From: Enterobacteria phage Kha5h | Sequence record: NC_054905.1 | Reading direction: 5' to 3' (one strand) | DNA: 64,000 nt | Part shown: positions 28,273-36,751 of the stretch, piece after piece | Position numbering within the stretch: position 1 is the stretch's first letter | How the letters are laid out: each line of letters opens with the position of its first letter | The notes under the pieces: generated by a model | Seen by the model: the letters and a program-made list of their open reading frames with translations, nothing else | Databases searched by the model: none | Told to the model about the DNA's origin: nothing | Program-made: the position numbers and the translations under genes

Positions 28273-28536
28273 TTATTTCATATTATTGAAATATTCTTCT
28301 GCGATTTCGTCGTTATCATGGTAAACTTTAGAAGACAGTTTAACATAACCTTCAGCAGTGAACATGTTAATCACAACCTTTACAGTATACCACTGACCGT
28401 CTTCATTACCCATTACTGCATAAGTTTCAAACATCGGATGATCAGGACCGATAACTTTAATATCATTCACCGTACGACCAAAATCTTCTGAAACGCATTT
28501 CATAAAGAAGTTGAACAGTTCGCCGTAATTATCCAT
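28273..28536 (-). CDS. hypothetical protein (87 aa)
   Basis: start moved to ATG 28534-28536 (MDNYGELF...) behind GGAGAA SD; ORF-track N-terminus is promoter read-through. Confidence 0.5.
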   Translation of the reverse strand: MDNYGELFNFFMKCVSEDFGRTVNDIKVIGPDHPMFETYAVMGNEDGQWYTVKVVINMFTAEGYVKLSSKVYHDNDEIAEEYFNNMK

Positions 28537-28579
28537 TTCGTTCTCCAAGTTGTTTTCTGTATCAGTAGTTGATAGTTGT

Positions 28580-28609
28580 ATAGTACCATGGAAGGACAAG
28601 GATGTAAAC
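28580..28609 (-). promoter_or_regulatory. T4-type early promoter cassette
   Basis: GTTTAC-N18-TGGTACTAT-ACAACTATCAACTAC with A/T-rich UP element. Confidence 0.6.
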
Positions 28610-28743
28610 CGTTTTGTGAAAAAATTTTTTAAAAAGTTTTAGGGAATTCTAGGGCAGGGAGGGGCAATTAAAAGATAGGATAATATATTATAAAGGGTAG
28701 AAACTAAATGATGCCTAGAGAGGCCTGGAAAGGCCTAGATACC

Positions 28744-28771
28744 AAAAAGCCCCAACCTTTCGGCTAGGGCT
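28744..28771 (-). terminator. intrinsic terminator
   Basis: hairpin AGCCCTAGCCGAAAGGTTGGGGCT followed by TTTTT. Confidence 0.65.
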
Positions 28772-28778
28772 AAGAATG

Positions 28779-29252
28779 TTATTTGATTTGTTTAGCAGAC
28801 CAAATGCGGTCTTTAATAATTTTTTGAATGTCTTCAACATACTCAAGAGAGTGAGCATGTGGGTTATCTTTGAAACTATAAGCACGAGCCAGTTTTTGGC
28901 CTTCAGTTTTGATTACTAAAAGCTCTTTAAGGATAGCTTCATATCTGGAGATAATTCCTTTAACAATATTTTTCTCTTGTGCGACTTTAGGATCTGCTTT
29001 AGGAGCAGGTTTACCCGAAGCCTTTGCAAAAGCAGCGCCAGTAGCAACTAAACTTTTCCAAGCCATACTAACTGCATTCCCTGTAAATCCTTCGGCTTTC
29101 ATATCACGAGCAAATTGGAATCGTGATTCATCGGAAGCATCTTTATAGGAATATTTACCCGCGGCAATGGCTGCTTTTGCGACAGCTTGAATTTCGGTGC
29201 TAGATGCTTCATTTAACACCGCTTCATTTAAAAATTGAGCATATGATTTCAT
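28779..29252 (-). CDS. candidate packaged internal protein with capsid-targeting-like N-terminus
   Basis: N-terminus MKSYAQFLNE-AVLNE; flanked by terminators on both sides. Confidence 0.5.
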   Translation of the reverse strand: MKSYAQFLNEAVLNEASSTEIQAVAKAAIAAGKYSYKDASDESRFQFARDMKAEGFTGNAVSMAWKSLVATGAAFAKASGKPAPKADPKVAQEKNIVKGIISRYEAILKELLVIKTEGQKLARAYSFKDNPHAHSLEYVEDIQKIIKDRIWSAKQIK

Positions 29253-29298
29253 CTTATTTCCTGTTTTAATTCGTGGTTTTAATATACTTATTTATACT

Positions 29299-29326
29299 AA
29301 AAAGCCCCAACCTTTCGGTCGGGGCT
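29299..29326 (-). terminator. intrinsic terminator closing the tRNA / small-RNA transcription unit
   Basis: hairpin AGCCCCGACCGAAAGGTTGGGGCT followed by TTTTT. Confidence 0.65.
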
Positions 29327-29329
29327 AAG

Positions 29330-29637
29330 CCTTGCGGCAACCTTGTCGGGGTTCCACCTGCTAAGGCAAGTGTTTGTACGAAACGCCGGGATTCGAACCC
29401 GGTTATTAAGCAGTTGACGCTACTCAATATTTTTAAAAGGCCATATCTCGACCATATCCGAACGTTCCGTCAAAAACGCTACTCGGCTTACGGCAAAGAT
29501 ATTTCCTCGAATCGATAATTCGGTGCGCCGTTTTTGCTGTGATATAAGGGGGCATTAACAAAACATAAAGATTTGTTAATGCCAGTCCTTAAACAGGGAA
29601 CATCAGTCCGACGACTTACCGGTAGCGACCCGGTTTC
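29330..29637 (-). ncRNA. candidate small stable RNA locus (tRNA-like element plus long hairpin)
   Basis: non-coding; contains T-arm-like CCGGGTTCGAATCCCGG with a pairing acceptor-like stem, and a perfect 12-bp hairpin GGCATTAACAAA/TTTGTTAATGCC; ends at a terminator. Confidence 0.3.
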
Positions 29638-29988
29638 TTAATATTCTTTTAAAGCATCAATTTGTTCACGGCGTTTACGCCATAAATCAATTGCTTCATA
29701 CGCAGATTCAGCATTTCGAATTAGCCGGCATTTATGTAAAGACTTATGATTTTGATATTGTGTAGATAACGGAATTTTATCTAAAAGGTCTTTACGTTCA
29801 AAGTATTCGTAACCATCTAAGCCAAATGAACGATTTTTAAGAAATTGCCAATGACCAAATTCGTTTTCGACATAAACATAATCTGCATGCTGATAAAGTA
29901 AATTAATTACACGTTCAGAAATAACAGTATCATTATGATTAAAATAGAATGTTAAATCATGAACTACTAAGTAAACATTGCCTTTCAT
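29638..29988 (-). CDS. hypothetical protein (116 aa)
   Basis: start moved to ATG 29986-29988 (MKGNVYLVV...) behind GAGGAA SD; the ORF-track TTG start lies inside tRNA-Arg. Confidence 0.5.
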   Translation of the reverse strand: MKGNVYLVVHDLTFYFNHNDTVISERVINLLYQHADYVYVENEFGHWQFLKNRSFGLDGYEYFERKDLLDKIPLSTQYQNHKSLHKCRLIRNAESAYEAIDLWRKRREQIDALKEY

Positions 29989-30006
29989 ATTTTCCTCACT
30001 TATAAT

Positions 30007-30083
<77 letters not shown>

Positions 30084-30087
30084 TATT

Positions 30088-30162
30088 TGGCGGACATGCA
30101 TGGATTCGAACCATGGACCAATTGATTAACAGTCAACTGCTCTACCACTGAGCTACACATCC
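30088..30162 (-). tRNA. tRNA-Asn (anticodon GUU)
   Basis: hand-folded: D-arm GCTC-AGTGGTA-GAGC, anticodon loop CTGTTAA, T-loop TTCGAAT, encoded CCA. Confidence 0.75.
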
Positions 30163-30166
30163 AAAT

Positions 30167-30253
30167 TGGTGGGGAGTGATGGAGTCGAACCACCCGAGTC
30201 GCAATGACAATGGATTTACAGTCCACACCGCTACCTCTACGGGATAACTCCCC
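30167..30253 (-). tRNA. tRNA-Tyr (anticodon GUA), type II
   Basis: hand-folded: perfect acceptor GGGGAGT/ACTCCCC, anticodon loop CTGTAAA, long variable arm, encoded CCA. Confidence 0.8.
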
Positions 30254-30265
30254 TAATTCATAATT

Positions 30266-30340
30266 TGGTGGCCCTGGGTGGAATTGAACCACCATCTGGC
30301 GATTATGAGTCGCTTGCTTGAACCTTCCAGCTACAGGGCC
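30266..30340 (-). tRNA. tRNA-Ile (anticodon CAU, presumably lysidine-modified) or tRNA-Met
   Basis: hand-folded: anticodon stem-loop GCGA-CTCATAA-TCGC as in Ile2-type tRNAs; acceptor GGCCCTG/CAGGGCC. Confidence 0.75.
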
Positions 30341-30341
30341 T

Positions 30342-30417
30342 TGGTGCTGATTGACGGAATCGAACCGCCGACCTTCTCATTACAAGTGAGTTGCTCTACC
30401 TACTGAGCTAAATCAGC
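30342..30417 (-). tRNA. tRNA-Thr (anticodon UGU)
   Basis: hand-folded: anticodon loop CTTGTAA, T-loop TTCGATT, encoded CCA. Confidence 0.8.
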
Positions 30418-30422
30418 AAAAC

Positions 30423-30512
30423 TGGCGGAGGCGATAGGATTTGAACCTATGAGTCGCCGGAGCGACTGCCGGTTTTCAAGACCGGTGCATTAAACCACTC
30501 TGCCACGCCTCC
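30423..30512 (-). tRNA. tRNA-Ser (anticodon UGA), type II
   Basis: hand-folded: anticodon loop CTTGAAA, long variable arm, T-loop TTCAAAT, encoded CCA. Confidence 0.8.
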
Positions 30513-30514
30513 AG

Positions 30515-30588
30515 TCTCCATACAAGGATTTGAACCTTGGACCTCCTGATCCCAAATCAGGCGCTCTACCAAACTGAGCTACACGGAG
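30515..30588 (-). tRNA. tRNA-Pro (anticodon UGG)
   Basis: hand-folded: anticodon loop TTTGGGA, T-loop TTCAAAT; CCA not encoded. Confidence 0.75.
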
Positions 30589-30597
30589 TAATTAAAT

Positions 30598-30671
<74 letters not shown>

Positions 30672-30676
30672 AAATT

Positions 30677-30763
30677 TGGTGCGAGAAGTGGGACTCGAAC
30701 CCACAAGGAAATCATTCCGCAGCATTTTAAGTGCTGTGCCTTTACCAATTTGACCATTCTCGC
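30677..30763 (-). tRNA. tRNA-Leu (anticodon UAA), type II
   Basis: hand-folded: anticodon loop CTTAAAA, long variable arm, T-loop TTCGAGT, encoded CCA. Confidence 0.8.
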
Positions 30764-30764
30764 G

Positions 30765-30837
30765 CTGGGAATAAAGGACTCGAACCTTTGCATCTAGCAG
30801 TCAAAGTGCTATGCCTTACCAACTTGGCTAATTCCCA
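30765..30837 (-). tRNA. tRNA-Gln (anticodon UUG)
   Basis: hand-folded: acceptor TGGGAAT/ATTCCCA, anticodon loop CTTTGAC, T-loop TTCGAGT; CCA not fully encoded. Confidence 0.75.
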
Positions 30838-30923
30838 ATTATTAACAAAGGCTCTCAAACAAGAACCCTTGATGATAGAGGGTATTAATCAGTGCGGTAT
30901 GAGTTAATAATAACAAATAATTC

Positions 30924-31439
30924 TTAAAGCAAATTAAACATTTTAACAGTCGGCAAAACAATTTCTTTTTCTATATAAGAGTATTTAACACTCTCAACTA
31001 CACGCAGAAAATCATAATCATAATATTCAGAAGCACTGCCTAAAATATTAATAAGTCCTTCAAACACTTTATTACCATTCACAAAGAATAAGTCAAATAC
31101 ACGTTCTTCATCTTCTTCAGATTTATTACCAAGGTCAACTTCTATATCAAAGACCTTTTTAATGAATTCTGGATAAAGCTGGTCTGAGAACAGTCCTTCA
31201 ACCAAGTATTCATAAATAAAAAGCGATTGCTCGCTGAACAAGCCATTACCACAATAACGTTCAACTTTTGTGCTAGAATGTCTGCTTTTAAACTTCTTTA
31301 AAAGATATTGGAATTGTAAGATTTCATGCTCTTCTACACCAAACAGTGTTTTAGTTTTATAGTTGTCACCATCATTTTCCCAGGTAGTGACATCAATTAC
31401 GTAACCCTGCGGAATTGTAGTACCTAAACAAATATTCAT
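30924..31439 (-). CDS. hypothetical protein (171 aa)
   Basis: ORF track; ATG 31437-31439. Confidence 0.5.
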   Translation of the reverse strand: MNICLGTTIPQGYVIDVTTWENDGDNYKTKTLFGVEEHEILQFQYLLKKFKSRHSSTKVERYCGNGLFSEQSLFIYEYLVEGLFSDQLYPEFIKKVFDIEVDLGNKSEEDEERVFDLFFVNGNKVFEGLINILGSASEYYDYDFLRVVESVKYSYIEKEIVLPTVKMFNLL

Positions 31440-31729
31440 TTACTCACCATATTAATGTAAGTATATTCAATACATTCAAGACCCAAAGGATTCTTGAAAA
31501 TATCATATTCAAGAGGACCTTTTTCTGTTTCAATAAAGAAATCAAAATTTACTGTATTAAATTTACGGTCTTCCTTCAATAATTTAACTTGAGAAGATGA
31601 ACGGTCAACATAAACCTTTTCAACTTCAAAACATGTTAAAACGCCATAATCATCAATCAAGGCTTTAGCCGCGTCTTGATCATATTTATATCCATTTTCA
31701 ATGGACGATACTTTAGCATAAAGAATCAT
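31436..31729 (-). CDS. hypothetical protein (97 aa)
   Basis: ORF track. Confidence 0.5.
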   Translation of the reverse strand: MILYAKVSSIENGYKYDQDAAKALIDDYGVLTCFEVEKVYVDRSSSQVKLLKEDRKFNTVNFDFFIETEKGPLEYDIFKNPLGLECIEYTYINMVSK

Positions 31730-31732
31730 TAT

Positions 31733-32116
31733 TTACCCTTCATCAACAATAGTATGAGTGTGGGCATTTACAATTTGCCACCAATCAAAGCGATTAGAAC
31801 CATACATTGGTTTATTTTCATTTTCTTTAATAATATCACGAAGTTCATCTTCGGTAGCGGCTTTCGCGATTAAATCAGCATATCCACCACGAGGATAATA
31901 ATTATCACCTGCAAAAAGTAAAAAGTTTGGTTTAATATTATTGAACTCTTCAAGAGTAATAACTTTTCCTGATGGTAGTTGAACAATCTCTACATATTTA
32001 TATCCCAATTTTTGAGCAGCATCTACTGCTTCAAGCAAAGTATCATGAGCCCATCCAATTTGACAACCTGGCTTTTCAGATGGATTAGCCTGATAATCCG
32101 CATACACTTTATACAT
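31733..32116 (-). CDS. hypothetical protein (127 aa)
   Basis: start moved to ATG 32114-32116 (MYKVYADYQ...) behind AGGTGA SD. Confidence 0.5.
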   Translation of the reverse strand: MYKVYADYQANPSEKPGCQIGWAHDTLLEAVDAAQKLGYKYVEIVQLPSGKVITLEEFNNIKPNFLLFAGDNYYPRGGYADLIAKAATEDELRDIIKENENKPMYGSNRFDWWQIVNAHTHTIVDEG

Positions 32117-32117
32117 T

Positions 32118-32303
32118 CTATTCACCTTTAGAAATTTTATCCATAACGATAGCAATTAAACCAATTAAAAATGCTACTACAAGTGAAAACACATTTTCTG
32201 CTGTAGTTAATAATCCACATATAAATCCAACAAACATTGAAAAACTAAAAGCAGAAGCAGAAATTGCAATAGCAACATTTCGAATTAATTCACAACGTTT
32301 CAT
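32118..32303 (-). CDS. small membrane protein (61 aa)
   Basis: hydrophobic; directly downstream of an early promoter. Confidence 0.4.
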   Translation of the reverse strand: MKRCELIRNVAIAISASAFSFSMFVGFICGLLTTAENVFSLVVAFLIGLIAIVMDKISKGE

Positions 32304-32331
32304 TTTATTCTCCTCGGTAGTTGATAGGGTA

Positions 32332-32361
32332 ATAGTATCACAACTAAAACCCTATGTAAAC
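32332..32361 (-). promoter_or_regulatory. T4-type early promoter cassette
   Basis: GTTTAC-N18-TGATACTAT. Confidence 0.55.
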
Positions 32362-32379
32362 AACTTTGTGAAATATTTA

Positions 32380-32667
32380 TTACAAAAGATTTTTAGCAAT
32401 AATCTTGAGATGTGCCGCAGAAATGTGTTTAGCTTTAAACAACGCAGTTTCTTCAGCAGGAGAGATAACGATTGTAGCACCATCCTTTTTAGCAGACCAC
32501 CCATCACCTAGGTAAACAGTACCTTTGATTTCTTCGCCATCAACCAAACTAATCATTGGTTTACCTTCTCGTCCTTTATTTGCTTTAATAACTTCAGAAG
32601 TAAGAGTAGCTTCAGTAATAGTAGAAACCGGGGTAGTTGTAGAAGTAAATTCTTTGAAAGTTTTCAT
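32380..32667 (-). CDS. internal-protein-I-like packaged protein with capsid-targeting-like N-terminus
   Basis: 95 aa; N-terminus MKTFKEF...TITE-ATLTSE; position just upstream of 57B matches the T4 ipI locus; own early promoter. Confidence 0.55.
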   Translation of the reverse strand: MKTFKEFTSTTTPVSTITEATLTSEVIKANKGREGKPMISLVDGEEIKGTVYLGDGWSAKKDGATIVISPAEETALFKAKHISAAHLKIIAKNLL

Positions 32668-32697
32668 TTTATTTTCCTAATTAATTTTGATGAGATA

Positions 32698-32727
32698 ATA
32701 GTATCACTACCTCATCAACGTGTAAAC
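32698..32727 (-). promoter_or_regulatory. T4-type early promoter upstream of the ipI-like gene
   Basis: GTTTAC-N18-TGATACTAT. Confidence 0.55.
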
Positions 32728-32739
32728 AACTTTGTGAAA

Positions 32740-33436
<697 letters not shown>

Positions 33437-33437
<1 letters not shown>

Positions 33438-34150
33438 TATAGTACCTTTAGTGTATTTTTAATTTTAGAAAAAAGTTCTTCAAGAGAACCATCGTTTGTA
33501 ATTACTAAATCGCCATCACGAATTGGCAATCCAGCTTCTGTAATATGAGTATCATTGGATTTTTGACCAGGACGAACTACATGAATTACTGTAGCACCCA
33601 TCGCCCTAGCCGCATCCATTTCATGATCTTGACGAGTATCAGGAACGATATAATAATCATAACCTGAGTTAAATTTATCAAGATAATCTAAAGCAAATAA
33701 TTTTACCCAATACATGCGGTCGAAGTTATTAACAATCAAATCCGTACCTAGGGCTTGCATCAGACGACGGACTGACCATTGATCTTCAATATTATTTATA
33801 ACGTCAGCAATCTTATTAAATGCTACGAAATTAACTGCGTCATCAAAAACAAACACACCTTTAATTGGGCTTTTACTATTAAGATAGCAAAATGCTTGTT
33901 CCATAATCGTGATTACTTCTAATTTAGTCAGATTTAAATTAGTCTCACGATCATAGTCAATTCCTTCAAACTCTTTACGAGTTAAACAAGGATAGTCAGT
34001 GTTTGCTGCAAATACACCCCATGCATAAGCCAATGCATCCTTAATAGGACCAGCAAGTTGATATTTAACTGCAGAATAATTATTCATAATAAAATCTGCA
34101 GTAGTATCTTTTCCACTACGCTTTACACCACTTAAAAAGATTAGTTTCAT
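33437..34150 (-). CDS. 1: deoxynucleoside monophosphate kinase
   Basis: start at ATG 34148-34150 behind GAGGAGA SD (MKLIFLSGVKRSGKDT P-loop); synteny. Confidence 0.9.
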
Positions 34151-34199
34151 ATGTTTCTCCTCAAATTTAATTAAGATTATAACACACAAAACTGAAGCA

Positions 34200-34730
34200 T
34201 TAAACTTCTGCTATAATTTTTCCATCTTTTTCTACTTGAAAATACGTATAAGGAATCGTTGCTGTACATACTAAAGCTGGGTCTGAATCTTCAGTGTAGC
34301 TAAATTCTACTTCAGACAGGTCAGAAACCCAAGGCTTATAAAAGTTTATTGACATCACGATTTCAGTTTTACTGTTATCTAAAATGTAAAGCGTAATGTA
34401 TTCAGGACCTGTTTTTTGGGCAGTATTTTCGCCTGTAAGATAGTTACTAGTTCCTAACATCCATTCATACATTCCTATCCACGACTTAAGTTCTTCATCA
34501 ACTATAAATCTCACAATGAGTGGATCATACTCAAATGTAACACCTGGACGTTGTGCTCGGCCCAGTCCAAACGGCCCAGTCACGGTATCAGTAACAGGTA
34601 TTCTAATTCCTGGAATAGGAACTGACTGAGCATTTAAAGTAAAAGCAGATGTAGTATTACTATGTGGTATTGATACTACAAAGTTAGTTGTATTTGCTTG
34701 GTTAAAAATTTGTTGCAGAGCTTGCGACAT
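34200..34730 (-). CDS. 3: tail completion / sheath stabiliser gp3
   Basis: 176 aa from ATG 34728-34730 behind GAGGAA SD; synteny 1-3-2-4. Confidence 0.85.
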   Translation of the reverse strand: MSQALQQIFNQANTTNFVVSIPHSNTTSAFTLNAQSVPIPGIRIPVTDTVTGPFGLGRAQRPGVTFEYDPLIVRFIVDEELKSWIGMYEWMLGTSNYLTGENTAQKTGPEYITLYILDNSKTEIVMSINFYKPWVSDLSEVEFSYTEDSDPALVCTATIPYTYFQVEKDGKIIAEV

Positions 34731-34836
34731 ATATTCCTCATAATGCTTTATAACTGTTGGTGGTATAATGGGTCTAAGTCCCTTCCATTCAATTCCATTT
34801 AGAACAAACAACAGAAAAGAATGGAAGATAATAGAA

Positions 34837-35661
34837 TTAGATATTTGACCAGACTTTGTTTGCAGAGAAACGTTTTCCTTTTGAAACGAACTGCTGAAGT
34901 GGCATCAACACAACGTTCGCCCAGTCTTTCGGGGCGATTTCAACAAGGCTACCCATAATATTACCGGGTATATATGCCTTAATCATTTGGTCTGCACCCC
35001 TAAATCCTTTCACTTGACTCCAATCAATTTTTAATTTCGTTTTATTAGTAATAGTAGGTGTATTTGAATATTGCTTTAAAAGCTCTTCTAGAAATTGCTG
35101 ACGAGCTTTAGGTGGAATATAGTGCAAGTTCAATCCGTACATTAAATTATGTTTACCTAAACCGAGGTAAATTATCAAAGGAAATTTATCCCAATAAGGA
35201 AGAGTTTCTTTGTGTTTAGCATCGTAAGCAAAAGCATATATTCGTCCCGGCTGAGGGCGAACAACTTTATGTCCTTTTACCTGCTTAATAGTTTCAGCAA
35301 ACCACTTTCTGGTTTTATTATTAATTGCTGCACCTTCATTACGAATTTTATCACGCAATGTTTGCCTGAATGAATTTATCATAAGCAGTTGTCTTTCTTG
35401 CTTATTGAGTTTATTCATTGGTTTTGATTCAAGCTTTTGAATCTTTTCAGCCGTTTTAATTCCTGAAGCATATTTTGACATTGCCGAAGTAAACGTAGAG
35501 TATTTGATTCCTCTTTCTTCAGCAAATTGCTTTCCTGTCATTCCTTTTGCTTTGGCCTTTTTGTATTCAAGACCTATCTGAATCCATTTCTTTTCGTTTA
35601 ATGATTGCTTAACCTTTGGAACTTGGGGAGTGCTTTCATTAATTATTTGAAAAATAGCCAT
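34837..35661 (-). CDS. 2: DNA end protector protein gp2
   Basis: 274 aa, T4 gp2 length; synteny. Confidence 0.85.
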   Translation of the reverse strand: MAIFQIINESTPQVPKVKQSLNEKKWIQIGLEYKKAKAKGMTGKQFAEERGIKYSTFTSAMSKYASGIKTAEKIQKLESKPMNKLNKQERQLLMINSFRQTLRDKIRNEGAAINNKTRKWFAETIKQVKGHKVVRPQPGRIYAFAYDAKHKETLPYWDKFPLIIYLGLGKHNLMYGLNLHYIPPKARQQFLEELLKQYSNTPTITNKTKLKIDWSQVKGFRGADQMIKAYIPGNIMGSLVEIAPKDWANVVLMPLQQFVSKGKRFSANKVWSNI

Positions 35662-36113
35662 TATGCCCCCTTAAAGCCAAGAGCTCGTAATCCATCTTCT
35701 GTTAAAATTCTAAATTTTATTCCACGCTTTTCAGCTAAAGCTTGAGCTGCTTTCCATTTGTCAGTATTAACTGAATATGTATAAATTTCATTCATAAATC
35801 TTTTCTTCGCTGCGGTTGTTAGATGTGCTGGTTTAACTGGTGGTTGTGTTTCTTTTTTAGGCTTTATTTCAATAAAAAATTCTTGTCCAGAAGAATCTTT
35901 CATCCAAATATCCATGAAGTATCTACGTTTTTTCCCTTCTGCATTACAAAAATAAGGAATTACTGCTGTTTCACTACCCCATGCAATAATTTCTGGATTT
36001 TTATCTAACCATTCAAAAAAGAATTTTTCCCAATTTGATCTATACGTAATTTTTTTAGGGTCACCTCTATATTTTGATATATTTTTAGGAACCCATTTTC
36101 CAGAATATGCCAT
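35661..36113 (-). CDS. 4: head completion protein gp4
   Basis: 150 aa, T4 gp4 length; divergent from gene 53 across a late-promoter region. Confidence 0.85.
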   Translation of the reverse strand: MAYSGKWVPKNISKYRGDPKKITYRSNWEKFFFEWLDKNPEIIAWGSETAVIPYFCNAEGKKRRYFMDIWMKDSSGQEFFIEIKPKKETQPPVKPAHLTTAAKKRFMNEIYTYSVNTDKWKAAQALAEKRGIKFRILTEDGLRALGFKGA

Positions 36114-36124
36114 TGGATTCTCCT

Positions 36125-36132
36125 TATAAATA
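36125..36132 (+). promoter_or_regulatory. late promoter for gene 53
   Basis: TATAAATA about 30 nt upstream of the 53 start. Confidence 0.65.
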
Positions 36133-36139
36133 GATAATA

Positions 36140-36147
36140 TATTTATA
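36140..36147 (-). promoter_or_regulatory. late promoter for gene 4 (divergent from the 53 promoter)
   Basis: minus-strand TATAAATA in the 4/53 intergenic region. Confidence 0.6.
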
Positions 36148-36160
36148 AACAGGAGGGCCC

Positions 36161-36751
36161 ATGCTCTTTACATTTTTTGATCCGATTGAATATGCGGCCA
36201 AAACGGTGAATAAAAACGCGCCGACTATTCCTATGACAGATATTTTTAGAAACTATAAAGACTATTTCAAACGCGCTCTTGCGGGATATCGCTTACGTAC
36301 TTATTATATTAAAGGTTCACCACGCCCGGAAGAATTAGCAAATGCTATATATGGAAATCCGCAGTTGTATTGGGTTTTATTGATGTGTAATGATAATTAC
36401 GATCCGTATTATGGATGGATTACTTCGCAGGAAGCTGCTTATCAAGCATCTATACAAAAATACAAAAATGTAGGTGGAGACCAAATAGTATATCACGTGA
36501 ATGAGAACGGTGAAAAATTTTATAATTTAATATCATACGATGATAATCCATATGTTTGGTATGATAAAGGCGATAAAGCTAGAAAATATCCTCAATATGA
36601 AGGAGCGCTTGCTGCGGTCGATACGTATGAAGCGGCTGTTCTTGAAAATGAAAAACTTCGTCAAATAAAAATAATAGCAAAATCAGACATCAATTCATTT
36701 ATGAACGACCTTATACGTATAATGGAGAAATCTTATGGAAATGATAAGTAA
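36161..36751 (+). CDS. 53: baseplate wedge protein gp53
   Basis: 196 aa; AGGAGG SD; TATAAATA late promoter upstream; synteny. Confidence 0.9.
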   Translation: MLFTFFDPIEYAAKTVNKNAPTIPMTDIFRNYKDYFKRALAGYRLRTYYIKGSPRPEELANAIYGNPQLYWVLLMCNDNYDPYYGWITSQEAAYQASIQKYKNVGGDQIVYHVNENGEKFYNLISYDDNPYVWYDKGDKARKYPQYEGALAAVDTYEAAVLENEKLRQIKIIAKSDINSFMNDLIRIMEKSYGNDK

